Of a stretch of DNA of 64,000 bases, positions 38,097 to 53,200 are shown one piece after another. Source of the DNA: Glaucostegus cemiculus (Eukaryota). The stretch spans positions 620,001 through 684,000 of the forward strand of contig CDPCPM010000370.1 in assembly GCA_976551045.1 (NCBI GenBank). Reading direction: 5' to 3'. Below the pieces are notes generated by a model that was not told the origin of the DNA, made no database searches, and saw nothing but the letters and a program-made list of their open reading frames with translations. Position numbers and translations under genes: made by a program. Numbering within the stretch: the stretch's first letter is position 1; each line of letters begins with the position of its first letter.

Positions 38097-40239
38097 GTTC
38101 TTGCTAAGGACCAATGAAGGAGAGGTACGAGTGTAACCTTCCTCTAACAGCACGTTTCTGTTTCAGGAAACTCGGGCATCAGGGCGGAAGCGGACTGATA
38201 CAGGAAAATCTAACAGCAAACAGCAGTTTAATGCTAATCGAGCCGAGAAACCGCACGATATCCAACTCAAAAAGGTGACTGCAGAATCTCTATTTGGGTC
38301 CAGAGATATAATGACTGAAGTCTTTCTGCCGCTGCGGCAGAACCATAAGGCCCAGAAGACCCATCTGTTGAAATCTATTTGGTCTCCATTCAATAGTCCC
38401 AATTCTGAAACAGAAATAGAAATAAATAATTTCAGTTCAGTTCCTGCAATGCGGTCCGCAAGTCTATTTTCATCCCCAACTTGTTTTTCCTTCCTGTAGA
38501 TCAAGCATTTGGTCCATCGATTCTACTATGTCTTTTCTCATGGTAATCCCATTAAACTTCGTCCCCGAATCTTTTCCCTGTAAGGTTTTCTTTCTCATAC
38601 TTTCTTATTAAAACTCTACAGATTATACTTCCAACCACGTGCAATACGGACATTTTCATGTGCCCACTAACCTACCACCACTCTGTTGCATCTGGATGTT
38701 AATTAGAACACAAGGGAAATCCCACTCGCTTCCGGGCTGAAATCGCAAACTGCACACAGACATCACCGGGGTTAGGATCGATTCTGGAGCCGTGAGAGAG
38801 CTGTGCAACTACATGCACCTCTCTACCGGGGCCCTGCATAATCAGATGTCCGTCATTTCATTCACATTCAATATTGGCTATGTCACCAAGCTTGGATAAA
38901 ACAAAATAGGCAATGGAGATATCAACAGTGGCTCGCAATAAATCCTGTCAGTTGGAGGCCACGTTGTACAGCTTTGTTCTCGAACATCAAAAGGCGAAAT
39001 AAAATCCGCCTTCCACTGTCCGCTCTGGATGCCATGTATTTCAGTGCCCGGGCTTCTACCATACATTGCTACAACTGTGGTGTTCAACAGATTGAATGTG
39101 AGAGACGTCAGATGTTCACTTAGTCTTTTATTCTGTATATTGTATCTCTCAATGCAGATGGATTAATTGTGGACGTTGGAGTCTGTGCCGCGATCCTCCT
39201 TCTGTTGCTGCAGAGTTTAATTTGGCTTTCCTTTAGCAACCCCCACCCCCAGGATCATTAGGGAAATGCAAGTACCACCATAAGCTCGTGAGGGTAATGC
39301 TCTGGTAGTGGCATATAGAGGGATAGTTGAAGTGAATTGGACGTGCACCTCTGTAATAAGCGACATAAATCACTTAGAAACCACACCAAGACTCTCAGCA
39401 TCAAAACCTACTTCAATATCAGCACTAATGTCATTCTTTTTTCTGCGGACTTGGAGGACTTGAGCTGTCAGTGTATAATTCAGCGAGAGGTGGGTAACGC
39501 GGTTGGACGGAGGGAAAATTCTACACTGCACTTTTAAATCCGCTCTTCACATTATTTTGTGTTTTGCCTTGTGGTATTCAAAGGCACTAAAACCTGCAGA
39601 GCGTTGTTAACTTTGTTTTGAATATGGAAAGGTCAAGAGTGAAGCAAGAAACCAACCCTGAATGCGAACAAACAGTTGCAAAGCTCTGCCCTAATTGCTC
39701 TGCAATTCCTTTGAAAAAAAAAGGTATTGTAATGTTGGCAAAATTGATGAATATTATTGAATTTCTAACGATATGTCATAACGTCCTGATCCATTGGCAG
39801 TGTCTTTTTGTTGTCAAATGAAGTGAGAAGCTGACGATTTGCTTAATAAGGGTTCCAAATCCGGAGAATTATCGCAGTGCCCAATGAATTGCACACTGGC
39901 GGGATGGTAAGTGCTGGTACTTGTCATGATAAAGCTTATAGCAGCGACCAGTGTTCAACAGAGAAACAGACATTATTTCCAGCGAAGTCAACTGGAGAAG
40001 ACAGTCTTTCCAGATCCTGAATCGAGCCAAATCCACAGCCGTGTTGTTGTTGAATTCAACGCACTAACTATCAAGTTACATCTGCCGTCTGTTGATGTGG
40101 AGGTAATTTTAAATTCTCCTGTGACGTTCATTACTTCCAGGCTCCCAGACTTCACGTGGGTTCGAATGGAAAAGAGACACGTACTCTTACTTTGCGGTGA
40201 CATTCGTCACCCGCATATTGTCATGCAGCGCCCTCCCAT

Positions 40240-40482
40240 GGCAGGCACGGTGGTGTAGCGGTTAGCGTAACGCTTGACAGTGCCAGCAACCCGGGTTCAA
40301 ATCCGGCCACTGCCTGTCAGGAGTTTGAACGTTCTCCCTGTGTCTATGTGTGTTTACTCCGGCTTCTCCAGTTTCCTCCCACATTCTAAAAACATGCAGG
40401 TTAGGATTTTGTGGGCATGTTATTTTGATGTATTTCACTGTTTGTTTCAAGGTACATTTGACTAATAAAGATATCTTATCTT
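40240..40482 (+). mobile_element. tRNA-derived SINE
   Basis: GGCACGGTGGTGTAGCGGTTAGCG (A box), GGTTCAAATCC (B box), core CTCCAGTTTCCTCCCACA. Confidence 0.8.
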
Positions 40483-42003
40483 ACTTCAAACATATGCCAG
40501 TTCCTTACCTCTCGACAATTACTCCGACATTGTTGTAACCCATGAGACACTGATAAAAACGTCACCTTTTGTTTGCTTGGCTTCAGCAGATTTCTGAATG
40601 CGCTCACAGCCAAAATTATTTTTGTGAAACCTCGTCGGGTGCCTCAAGTTCCAGCATATTCAGTCTGAAATAAAAGAACTAAAACTGTAGACATGTCTTC
40701 AGGGGAGATATTATCTGCACCGAGTTCACTTTCAAAATACTTAACCTGTGATTAAACTCCAGCCCACAACAATAAAGATAAATGTTTCGTTGTCTTCTTC
40801 ATTGTTCACTGGTCTGCCATGCTAACGAATCATGTTTTATGATGAGAATACATAGAATTAACTAGTTGTCTATCTCTGTTCAGATCATTTGCTGCCTTTT
40901 GATTGATCCCACCGTTTTGCATGACATCTTGCCCATTTTAAAAGACGTATGCTGAGGTTGATCAGGCAGACATCAACCTCTGCATGTCCTGATACAGATT
41001 TGTTTTTCTCACTCCATTTTCTGCAGTGCATCTCGACCTGATCATTTCTTAATCACAATTGATACCTTTCTAAGATTCCATGTCGAAGATGGTAGTTAAG
41101 CTGCAGTGGGAGTTTATGCGTTGATAGGTTTTAACCAGTGTGAAATCTATCCTCCGAATCATGACGCCTGCAATTTAGTAATCTGATTTTGTCAGCGTCC
41201 CAGTTATTAAAAGACATTCCGGACCTGAAACATTCAGTGTGTTTCTCTTCACATAGAAACGGGCTGACCTGTTGAGTGTCCCCAGTACTTCAAATTTATT
41301 TCACATTTTAAGTTTTTGTAGAATGTTTTAAAGTTCGCTACGTCAGAGTGATTGTGACCATCATTATAATTTCATATCGTGTGCAGCAGTATGGATGGCG
41401 CATGATCTGACACCCCAGGCAGAAGGTTTCCTGGTCCGGCAGTACCTCAGACTGTTTGGAGCAATTTAACAATAAATGCTCGTGAATCATCCTTATTGAG
41501 CAACATTTTCCCAATCCTTCTGCAGTCTCCAGAGCGGGAGAGTTCTTTGAGCATCCACGCGTTTAATCTTTAATAGGAAGTTACAGACATCATTGAGGTA
41601 ATCGCTCAATCTACCGATTAGGTGGTGAATGAATTGGAGATTCCCCACTGTACAACTGATCATGTTAGAACGACACAGAAATATAAGTAATATCCGCCAC
41701 TCCACTCAAAACAGACGTAAACACGTGAGAGTGCAGGGAGTTACAACGGGCTGAGAGGCGCGATTACATAATTCCGACTGCCTCTGGAAAGGGATAAGAC
41801 CAACAGTACAGCGGGCTGTTGGCGGCATGAAAAAATGGCTGGGATCTCGAAAGCCAAAGGTGACCACAGAAGTGTGATTGTATAAAAAGCTTTCCATATG
41901 ATATCAGGGGAATCAAACAACCCTGTTCATTGTTTCAGTGTTATGTCATCGCAAAATTGCAGCAAAAGTGCAATGAAGATAAAGTGATCTCTAAACATTG
42001 TAG

Positions 42004-42053
42004 CACTCTCACACCATAATCCTAGCAATTTCTAGGATTATGGTGTGAGAGTG
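42004..42053. repeat. Near-perfect 50-bp palindrome
   Basis: CACTCTCACACCATAATCCTAG-CAATTT-CTAGGATTATGGTGTGAGAGTG (perfect 22-bp arms). Confidence 0.95.
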
Positions 42054-43463
42054 AAGGAGAAGTGATGAAGTTTGTTGAGTCAGGACTGTATCGGAGGATT
42101 CTGGAGTGCTTCTCGATCACATGCCCTTCAAGTTGTTGTGTTGAGAGCGCCATCTGGTGAGCACATTTCTCGTGATTGCTCTATTTCCACTGCAGTGTGC
42201 AGCTCAGGGCACGGAAGTATACGGCAGAGTCAGGGATCGGCGTTTAGTCAATAGTTAGTTGGTGGTTATGGAAGTTTATTAATCGTGCGAGTTAATGGCT
42301 TATGTGAATGACGGTTCCTGTTTGCCATTCCTCTCTGCAGGGAAATCAAATAGTGTAGAAACATCAACCCAGTGAATCATACAAAATCTCGCTCTTACGT
42401 TACCTGCATCCGAGATGTCCCATTCTCAAGTAAATTTATATTCACAGATTGACTTCCAGTGTCATATCTGGAACTGATTTACCGATTATAAACCACTCTG
42501 AAATAAGTGTACTGTCTATTTTTTCGGGCTTTAAGTTTTTGTCCTCGAGATACTGATCTTTGTGTCAGTGGATATTTGTTGTGACCAATCTCTTCATCAT
42601 TAATGATCTCCATGATACCTTGCTTTATCTTAGCTGCACGCAGACACAAGCACCGTCGTTGAGTTATTCACACGGATGAATCTCCTCACAACAGATCATT
42701 GTGGAGAATTTGGTCGCGCATCTCCAATGGCTAGCATTAATTCAAAATAAAACAGTCTGTCTGCAATCCATCACAACGTACTCAATGGTCTGTTAGAAAG
42801 AACGTGGAAAAGCTCGGCCGGCTTTCTTGACATAACATCTGGTAGGAATGACCGGATGGATTGAGCTTCAGTGTCGGTTTTTGCGAGAATGTTTCTGATT
42901 CTTGATTCCTAAAATATAAATTGCCTCCTCGATGTAACACAAATAACAGGCCAGAAGTGTTAGTAGAAACCATTCACTGGAATTCGGAAACAACTTGAAG
43001 AAAAGAACAGCAGCCAATCCTGATTCCCGCTGAGCGATGTCATGCTGTGGTGCCCCTTTGTGAACTGTTGATGGAATGGGGCAATGTACAGACTATGGAA
43101 CAAATCCTTTGATATTTGCTGACATTTTACACTCCACTAGATGCCGAGCAACAGCTCTGTGCGTTGGTTATCATCGTGGCGCCTGTTTTCGACGGTTGTT
43201 GTTCGATTTGGTAAAATCATACTTGTCACCAGTTCGAGGTGAAATGCTTTTAAGAGCAGTTGGGCCAATATGATATCGAACCTGTGTGGTGAGCTGCAGT
43301 TAATCGACGCTCGGCTAAATGCAGCCTCGGGTAAAATACGTACGCAGGAGGAGAAGGAATTCATTTATTTTCCATATTTGACGAGCACGCCCTCAAGTGA
43401 GAGCTCATGAAATTGACAGTGATGGGTTTTTGTTCAGGTCCGCTGTGTTTCTGTGGCAGTGTG

Positions 43464-43945
43464 GGCTTCATGGCACAAAAGTAGACGGCAGAGTCGGAGA
43501 TCACGGCCTCGCGTACTGATAGCTCCGTAATCTTAGTAGTTTTATTGAACGTAGAGGAGATTCGGTCGGTGAGATCGTTATTTCTATTCAGTGTCCCTCC
43601 TAAAATCTGAATAAGATAATCTGGAGGCTGTCTTGGATATTGGCTATACCAGTAAACATATGGGGTTGGATCAGTTGTTTTCAAGGTGCAGTTTAGTCTG
43701 ATATTACTTTCCTCTTCGAAACTAATTTCACCGACCGACTGTTCCACAGAGTCTTGGATACTCCAGTCTAACAGGAAAATAAAGTACAATCGATCAGTCA
43801 CGGTCATTACCTCGAAAGTTGTATTTTTTAATTAGTAGAGACGTCGAGAGTACAGAGATTGCAAGAATTCTGCAATAATACTCTGGATGATCTTCTTACC
43901 GAGAAGCGACAGAATGATGAGGATCAGCGTGAAATAGCTGCTCAT
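43464..43945 (-). CDS. TCR alpha/delta V segment: leader 43900-43945, V exon 43464-43767, 23-RSS 43425-43463
   Basis: MSSYFTLILIILSLL-D; QDSVEQSVGEISFEEESNIRLNCTLKTTDPTPYVYWYSQYP..DSAVYFCAMKP; CACACTG-23-ACAAAAACC. Confidence 0.93.
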
Positions 43946-46900
43946 GCTGACGCTCCTTGTGCCTGCAACTCTGAGTTCCGGAAGCCCCTGTCGAAAAAGA
44001 AGTACAGATCGTTCCCCGTATCGCCCGGCTCAGTCGACCAATGACAAGAAGCAGCTTACGGGAACTACGCACCAATAACACAGCGCAGAACAACACGCTC
44101 ATATATCAGGAAGCGAAATCTTGGTAGGCAGCCGCAAGATTCAAAACTGAGCCCATTTCACAGCCAGCCACAGGGACGTCAGAGAGTTTCGACAAAAGGA
44201 AGTTAACAAAGGTCTGTAATCACCACTCAAGTGTATCACAGGTGGAAATCGGAACAAATCACTTCCGGCGCACCATAATTGTCTGCCTATTCTTTCAATC
44301 TAAGGAGTTAATTTCTCTCTGATAAATTTGGATATTTATTAAGTTGCTGCGAGAGGCGATTTTGCAAGTAGGGATTTTGTAAGATGTGAAGGATTCCCTG
44401 AGATGCTGCAATGTCGCCGAGAAAGAAAGAAGATATTTTCCACCAGATGGCAGCAAATCCTCTATAATTGCGGCAAGTGAAATGTTAACTTTGTTTCTTA
44501 TTTCGGCAGGAGGTCTCAGACCATCTCCCGGCATTTCTGTGTTTCCATCTTTCCCAGGTCATCTAAAAAATAAGCTTTTTCTCCAGTCACCCGATGCCAA
44601 AACAAACTGTCGGGAAGGACATCTTCTACCCCGCTGTGACAAGACTCTTGAACGGACATCTTGTGCAATTATCGTGAAATACTGAACTCACAATATACTT
44701 CGCCATGGCGTTTGCACCGTAATAGTCTACCTGCACTGCACTTCTATAACTGCAGCAGTATGACCTGTGTTCTATTATAGCCGACCTTTTGTACTCCTTT
44801 AATGTTATTATGCATGGAACGATGTGCTTGGATGGAATAAAAAAAGCAAAGGTTTTGGTATACGCGTTAATAAAAATCCTTTTACCTTTTACTAAATGTT
44901 TGTCCAAGTCAACAAAGGATAAAATGTCCCTGTAGCTAAAATATTTAAAAGAAAATTCCTTCTCCTTTCCTGATACAGCAGCAAGAGGTATTTGCAAATA
45001 AATAAGACACTGTACTCGTGTAAAATGTTAGAGAAACTACTTTATCAGAGTTATATGAAGAATAAAATACAGAAAGAAAGAAAAAATAGTTAGAGTACAT
45101 AAGGAATCAAAATAATACTTATAAACTAACCAATGAACCAATCCATATTATGCCAGAGAGATTCTCAGTGTCCGACAGCCTTTCACGCAGACTTATTTCT
45201 GTTCTTCAGACAGGTCGCGACCAAACCTTGGGGAAGATTATTATTTGCAAAAAGAAGTTGACTTTTTATATACCATTCCAAACTTAAATCTCCCCCCACT
45301 ACCTACTAATTCCCTCGTGGGACCAGCGTGTAACTTCTTCACACGTGCGACCATCGGACCAAACACTTCACTTAGAAACAGTGGCAGCAGGTCTGAACGA
45401 AGGCATATTTGTAATTGGAGTCTGTTCTCATGACTGTGCATCAGGACCACTGTTTGTTCTATAACACTTCTACAGTCCGAGCTGACTTTGTCCTGCAACC
45501 ACAATTTTGAGTTGCGCTCCACTGCACATAATAAGGAGGAATCAGAAATGACTTTTGAGTGATTTAACTCTTTCTTTACAGTACATGTACATCAAAATAT
45601 ACAGTGAAATGCGCCTTTACGGGGGCAGCCAACAATTGTCTCCAAGCTTCCGGCGCCAGCATATTGTGCCCATCTACCACACACTTGTTTGAGATCCAGG
45701 CGCACTGGTGTTTATAGTTACCGTCAGTCACGTCCAAGGAGGAGCTGAAGGGGCTCTGCGTTGGTCTCGAGTTAGGTCGGGATAGAGTTTGAGATCTTTA
45801 ATAAAGGGATTCACTGCAGGTGTTGGGTTAAATAAACCAATTCGGGAACCGAATCAACAGCGTAATTCTATCTCGACTCTGCGTTCAGATACTGGAGTCA
45901 CGGGAGCTGATTCCTCCGGGTGTTGGCCCTGCAGTTTATTTTCTGCTAAGGAGTGACAGGTGCGGCTGGAGGAAGGCGGGGAAACAGGAAGTGGTGTTTC
46001 CGGTAGTGAAAATGTGGGTGTCAATGCCATTGTTTGTTGTAGATTGGGCTTCCTGTGTCAATGACGTCCTTACCCTGACAGCAGGAGGACCTACAGCACG
46101 GGGGCCTCGCGACCAAAGAATATTATTAACTTCAGGACTTCCGCATCCTGTGTATAAAGTCGAAATATCATGAAAACGTGGAGTTAGTTCAGGATTCCAC
46201 ATGCCCACATCACCACCGCCTACTACAGAGAGGGATGGGGATTGTTCACTGGGAGCGAGGTGGAAAACATGAAGCGTTAATTTTCCCCAGAGATTATTGT
46301 TGGAACTCAAAAGAGGGACTGAAAAAGTAGAAGTTTCAGAGAGAGGAGGAGAGGTGATGATGGTGAGGGTGGGAGAAGAGATGTGGGGGAGAGAGAGAGT
46401 TAAGGGTTTGGAAAATTGAACGAAAGCAAGAGTGAAAGCAACAGGCACGATAGGTCACGTGAGTGGCAGCTTCCACTGGGAGGGAATTCTGTGGCAACTG
46501 CAGCCAGTCCTGTCCATTTCAGAAGAAGCAACTCCATGACTTAATCATTCACTGGAATGATTTCCCCTTCTGCTCTGAATCATATCTCTTCAATTGAACA
46601 GAAAATTACGTCATTGTGGAGTATTTCCTGCTTACTTTGAGAAGCTGTCGCATTCTTCATATTAACTCTTTTCCCAGTTGAACCTCGCGTTATTGTTGAA
46701 CAGGTTTTGCGGTCATGATCACGTAGAGAAGGCAACCGGGCGTTGACGAATATACATACGGATACAGAACTCCCAGGGTGAAAGATTGAGAGACATAAAC
46801 GGAATAAACTATTCCCCACCCATATGGAACAGAAATAATGAGAGATAAACACAAATATTTCTCCGTGTAGAGCAACGTTGTTTTTCAGAAACCTCTGTTA

Positions 46901-46970
46901 GTGAGAATAAATGAGGAACGATATCCTCACAGTCACGGAAGGATCGGTTCTAGGTGGCGCAGACCGCAAC

Positions 46971-46974
<4 letters not shown>

Positions 46975-47057
<83 letters not shown>

Positions 47058-47066
47058 TCGTGTGTC
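46975..47066. repeat. (TG)n microsatellite
   Basis: Dinucleotide run; a decayed paralog lies at ~53674-53720. Confidence 0.95.
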
Positions 47067-48057
47067 CATGTCTCCACGGTTTTCAACTCAGTGCTTCTGC
47101 CAATGCTGTTTAACAATGTACATGCATGGATAAGGCGGCAGCTAATTTCACATCAAGCATTATTGTGTCACCAAGTAGCCATGATCATCTAGCTTCCCGT
47201 GAGCTATTTTTAACGTAAGCTCCTGTCAGCAATATCGCTGTGACATCAGGTGCATTCTGTTGGTCAAAGGGAAGCATATTTCCGTCCGTTAGGCAGATGC
47301 AGGTTGAAGATGCATCAATGGCAATGTAAATTTCAACTGGTGGAGATTAAGCAAGTTGTATTCTTCGGATTTCTAATAGTCCTCCTAGATGATGATTTTG
47401 ATTGAAATCTTTGAACATAATATCATCAAAGTTGTTCTGTATCTCCCTTATGTTATTTTATGCACGTTCTTTTAACCTTGACAACATTGAGAAACGACGA
47501 ACACCATGTTTTTTCCACTGTGAAACATTCATCACTGTTACGAACAAAATGTATATCTTGCTCTCTGTCACGGGCGCATTCACGGTTTGTCACGTTATTT
47601 CATGAGATACTGTGCTGCGGGTTTATTTTTTAAAATTAGCTGACCTTCTCACAATGAGTCACATTCTTTCTTTTGGTTTGTATTTTGTGATCTGCGTGAA
47701 AGAACTGTGAAGTGCGTCCTGAACTTGCTTTAACCGGAATACACGGATATAAATAACCAAAGGGGAATCTTGGAAAAGCAAAAATAAATTTGCACATGAC
47801 GAAAATTCCAATTAAGTGCAAAAAAATGCGGGAGACTCCCAGCATGTCAGGCAGCATATATGAAGCAGGAAAGAGAGCGAACGAATGTCGATGTTTTCTG
47901 TTGATTTTAATCTCTAAATTTTGCATATGGATACCAGTTTAAAGGCTATTGGGCTGGTGCCTGTTTACAGAGCGTCGACGGTGCTGAAATTCTGCTGACT
48001 GGTCTGGGCTCAGTGCGCGACCGGCCTTTTGGGTCGACAACATGCAAGAAGTTCAGT

Positions 48058-48130
48058 TTTCTCTGACTGGGAATCGAAGCCAGAATGCAGCGGTAGAAGT
48101 GCCGTGTCCTGCCTCAGGACCGTTAAAGAT
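48058..48130 (-). pseudogene. Degenerate tRNA-Glu relic
   Basis: TTCTCTGACTGGGAATCGAAGCCAG..GCAGCGGTAGAAGTGCCG..TCCTG aligns to 29510-29581; the upstream flank is also shared. Confidence 0.65.
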
Positions 48131-49747
48131 ACTGCTGAATTGACCAGACAATCTGTTGAAAAGTGTCGAACCAAATCCCCCCTGAACAGCCGTCCTACCA
48201 GACCGGAAAAGCCGACGGCTCATTGGCTTCTGTTGCCCTCTGCTGGAAGGTCAGTGGACACTTCCGTCTTTAGTATTTCCAACACCCCATATTTTCTCAG
48301 CAGTCGACAGCTTGGATAAATTCGCCGGTGTTACTATTCTCGATGCTGCAGCTGAGCGGCTGCACTGATTATCTCTGCGCCCTGTGATACTCCATTATTT
48401 AAACCAGTGAAGCGCACGCCCAGAAACTCCTGTCTCCGTGTGGATCACCGGTCGACCCGTTGTCGCCGGGTCCAACACGAGTTTGTGCAGTTCCTTGCCA
48501 TCCCGGGTGGGTTAACGGGGACGGTGACCAGAGAGCAGAACGTGAATATTTTCTCGGACTTCTCTCCAATTATTCCCTCAATTTCTTACCCCAACTGCCA
48601 AGGGAGTAACTCCTTTTCATTTCCTTCATTTGAGAGTGTCTTCAATATGAATACCTCCCTTGACATTCCTCAGGGCATCTCCTTGTTCAGGGAAACACAC
48701 CACGAATCCTCAGTCTATCATTCCTTCTAAAGTAACCCGGTTGCACAACAACTTTGTGGGTATCCACTTCGGCCCCTCCATTCCATTGTTATCTCTGTGT
48801 TTTGTGTTGAGTGTCCGAGCACAAAATCTGCAAGCCGTCACTGATGAAGCCTTGTGTATAATTTCGACACAACGTCATTATTCCTCCATTCCATTTTTTG
48901 AGGCCTATTGCAGGAGTTATATTGACGACCATTCACCACGAGATGAGCTGCCAAAGAAGAAACCGTCGGTGATGCGATTATTTTTTATTTGAATCATTCA
49001 TCGCTGTATAAGAGTCCAATGGCTTGATTGAATTCAAAGAAAACCACTGTCTGCAATCCATCACAACGTCCTCAATTGTCTGTAACAAAGAACGTGGAAA
49101 AGCTCGGCCGGCTTTTTTGACATAACAGCTGATAGGAATGACAGGATGGATTGAGCTTCAATGTCGATTTCTGAGAAAATGTTTCTGATTCTTGATTCCT
49201 AAAATATAAATTGCCTCCTCGATGTAACACAAATAACAGGCCAGAAGTGTTAGTAGAAACCATTCACTGGAATTCGGAAACAACTTGAAGAAAAGAACAG
49301 CAGCAAATCCTGATTCCATCAGAGTGAGGTCCTGCTGTAGCACCCCCTTGTGAACTGTTGATGGAATGGTGCCATGAACAGACCATGGATCAATCCTTTG
49401 GTATTTGCTGACATTTTACTCTCCACTAGATGGCGAACATCTGTTCTGTGCTTTGGTTATCATCGTGGCTCCTGTTTTAGACGGTTATTGTTCGATTTGC
49501 TGAAATCATACTTGCCACCAGTTCGAGGTGAAATGCTTTTAATAGCAGTGGGCCAGTGAGATCGAACCTATGTGGTGAGCCGCAGTTAACAGACACTCAG
49601 CTAAATACGGCCTCAGGTAAATTTCGTACACAGGGGGACATGGAATTCATTTTTTCCGTATTTGATGAGCTCGCCCTCTGGCGAGCGCTCACGGAACTGG
49701 CTGTGATGGCTTTTTGTTCAGATCCGCTGTGTTTCTGTGGCAGTGTG

Positions 49748-50232
49748 GGTTGCATGGCACAGAGGTACACGGCAGAGTCGGGGATCACGGTGTCGCGTAT
49801 GATTAGCTCGGTAATCTTAGTGGTTTTATTGAACGTAGAGGAGATTCGGTCGGTAAGATCACTATTTCTAGAAGGTGTGCCTCCGATAATTCGAATCAGA
49901 TAATCCGGAGGCTGTCCGGGATATTGGCTGTACCAGTAAACATATGGGGTTGGATCAGTTGTTTTCAAGGTGCAGTTTAGTCTGATATTACGTTCCTCTT
50001 CGAAACTAATTTCACCGACCGCCTGTTCCACCGAGTCTTGGTTGCTCCATTCTAACAGGAAAATAAAGAAAAAAGCAATCATTCACAATCATTACATCGA
50101 AAGCTGTTTTTTTTTTCATTGCTAGGAATATCGAGAATACAGAGATTGAGAGAAGTCTGCAGTATTACTGAGGATGAACTTCTTACCGAGAAGTGACAGA
50201 ATGATGAGGATCAGCGCGAGGTAATTGTTCAT
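49748..50232 (-). CDS. TCR alpha/delta V segment: leader 50187-50232, V exon 49748-50051, 23-RSS 49709-49747
   Basis: MNNYLALILIILSLL-E; QDSVEQAVGEISFEEERNIRLNC..YVYWYSQYPGQPP..DSAVYLCAMQP; CACACTG-23-ACAAAAAGC. Confidence 0.93.
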
Positions 50233-53200
50233 GCTGACGCTCCCTGTGCCTGGAACTATGCGTTCTGGAATCCCCTGTCGAAGCAGAGGTACCGATCGGT
50301 TCCCGTTCTACCCGGCTCAGTCGACCAATAAGAAGAATCGACTGACGGGAACCACTCACAAATAAAACAGGTCAGAAGTAGACGCTCATATATCAGGAAG
50401 CAAAATGTGGGCAGGGCGGCCGCAAGTGTGAAAACTGAGCCAATTGAAGATTATGCGTATGCACAAAAAGTGCGCAGCGCCGCTGAGCCGTGATAGGAAA
50501 TGCTGGTTGATCGAGGTTGTCGAGAAAATTGTGAACATACAACCCTTCTTCACATCCAGCCGCTGCGAGTTTCCAGATTTTGGTCAAAACCAAATTAATA
50601 ACGGTCTGTTATCAGCACTCACGTGGATCACAGGTGGACAATCGGGACAAATTACCTCCGGCTCACGTTAGTTCTCTGCCTATTCCTTCAGTCTAAGAAC
50701 TTCGTTACTCTCTGAGTAATTTGGATATTTATGAAGTCGATGGGAGAACCGATTTTGCTAGTCGGGATTAGTAAGATGTGAAGGATTCCCTGAGATGCGT
50801 GTAACGTGGCTGAGAAAGAAAGAAGATATATTCCACCAGATGGCGGCAAATCCTCTGGAACTGCGGCAACTGAAATGTTAACCTTGTTTCTTATTTCGGC
50901 AAGTGCTCTCAGACCAGCTCCCGGCATTTCTGTGTTTCCATCTGTCTCAGGTAAACTGGCAGTAAGCTTTTTCTCCTGTCACCCGATGCCAAAGCAAACT
51001 ATCGGAAATGATAGCTATTACCCCGCTGTTACAAGTCTCTTGAACGGACATCTTGTGCAATAAACGTGGTATTGAATTCCCAACGTACTTCGCCATGGTC
51101 ATTGCACAGCAATAGTCTACCTGCACTGCACTTCCACTGTACCTGCAACAATATGTTCCGTATTCTATTGTGGTACTCCGTTTGTACTACTTCGATATAT
51201 TTATGTATGGAACAATCTGTTTGGATGGAGAATAAACAAAGGTATTCACGGTATCTCGGTACACATGTCAATAATAAACATATTACTCTTTACTAAATGC
51301 TTCTCCCTCCTCATCAAAGGATAAAAGGTCCCTGTAACGAAAATATTTTGAAATTCTTCCCTTGTATTTTCCTGATACAGCAACAAAAGGAATTTGCAAA
51401 TAAATAATTCACTGTACACGTGGTAAAGGTTACAGAAACTACTTTATCCCGGTTATATGAAGAATGAAATAAGGAAGGAAAGAAAAGTACTTAAAATACA
51501 GATGGAATCAAAATAATACTTATAAACTAACCAATGAACTAATCTGTATGATGCCAGAGAGATTCTCAGGGATCCGAGAGCCTTTCACGCAGCCTTCACT
51601 CTATCTCTTCTGACTGGTCCTGACAAAACCTCAGGGAAGATTCCGATTTGTAACCAGAAGGTGACCCTTTAAATTCCGTTCAAAACTTAACTTTCCCCCC
51701 AGTATCTATCAATTCCCTCGTGGGACCTTCTTCGCACACGCGACGTTCGGCCCAAGCACTGAACTTATAAGCAAGGGCAGCAGGTCTGAAGGAAGGCATT
51801 TTTTAAATACTTGCCTGCTCTCATGGCTGTGCATCAGCACTCCTGTTTATTCTCATGACATTCCTACATTCCCAGCTGATTTTGCCCTGCAACTACAATG
51901 TTGAGCTGCACATAATGAGCAACCAGTAATGACTTTTCACTAATTTAACTCTTTCCTTACAGTCCCTCTGACCAAAGTGATTCTTGTCCAATGCATCTAT
52001 CTGCCTGGACATCATGCGTTTCCAATGTTTCTGAGGATTTCCCTCAGACTTTTCTTTTCCTCTTTAATCAGCGCTTTACTGTCTGACCTCTTCCACAATC
52101 AACAAACGCCTACATCTGAGGTCGGGGCCCAGAGTTAACTAAAAGCAGCCACAACTACGCTGTTTTTCCGGCTGGACTGGGAGCGAATCCTTCCACTTGT
52201 CTGATCTTCACAGCAGTTAAGCAGATATCTTTATCACTCACATGTACATGGAAATATGCTGTGAAATATGCCTTTGCATAGAATGTACGCGGGACAGCCC
52301 ACAACTGTCGCCACACTTCCGGCGCCAAAATAGCATGCCCTTCTACCACACATATGTGTGAGATACAGGTGGACTGGGGTTTATGGTCCCCTGTCAATCA
52401 CGGCCAAGGAGGTGCTGGAGGGGCTCTTAGTTGGTCTCGAGTTAAGGCGGGTTACAGACTTAGATCATTATTCAAGGGCTTCGCCGCAGTTGTAGGGTTA
52501 AGTGAACAAATTTGGGAACCGAATCAACGACGTGATACTATCCAGCCTTTGCTTTCAGGTACAGGAGTCTCGGGAGCTGAGTCCTCCGGGTGTTCGCCCG
52601 GCATTTTATTTTCAGCTAAGGAGTGGCAGGTGAGGCTGGAGGAAGGCGGAGAAGCAGGAAGTGGTGTTGCCTGTGGTGACATTTCAGGTGTCAATGTCAA
52701 TAGTTATTGTTGACTGGACTACCCGTACGTAATGGCGTCCTTATCCTGACAGCAGGAGGACCCACAGCATGGGGGCCTTGCGTCCAAAAGCGTCTCGTTA
52801 ACCTCAACGCCCCCCATCCTCTGTATGCAGTCAAAATATAATGAAAACGTGGAGTTCGTTCAGGATTCCACATGCCCACACCGCCACCATTAAATACGGA
52901 GAGGAATGGGGATTGTTCACTGGGAGCGAGGGGGGAAAGCATGAAACATTATCGTTTCCACAGAGATTCATATTGGGACATAAAAGACGGATTGGGAAAG
53001 TAGAAGTTTCAGAGAGAGGAGAGAGAAAAAGAGAGAAGTGGTGACGATGAGGATGGGAGAAGTGATGTGAGGGACAGACAGGAATAAAGAGTGAGTTAAG
53101 GGGTTGGAAAATTAAACGAGAGCGGGAGAGAAAGCAACAGGCACGATAGCTCACATGACTGACAGCTTCCACTGAGATGAAATCTGTACTGACTGCAGCG

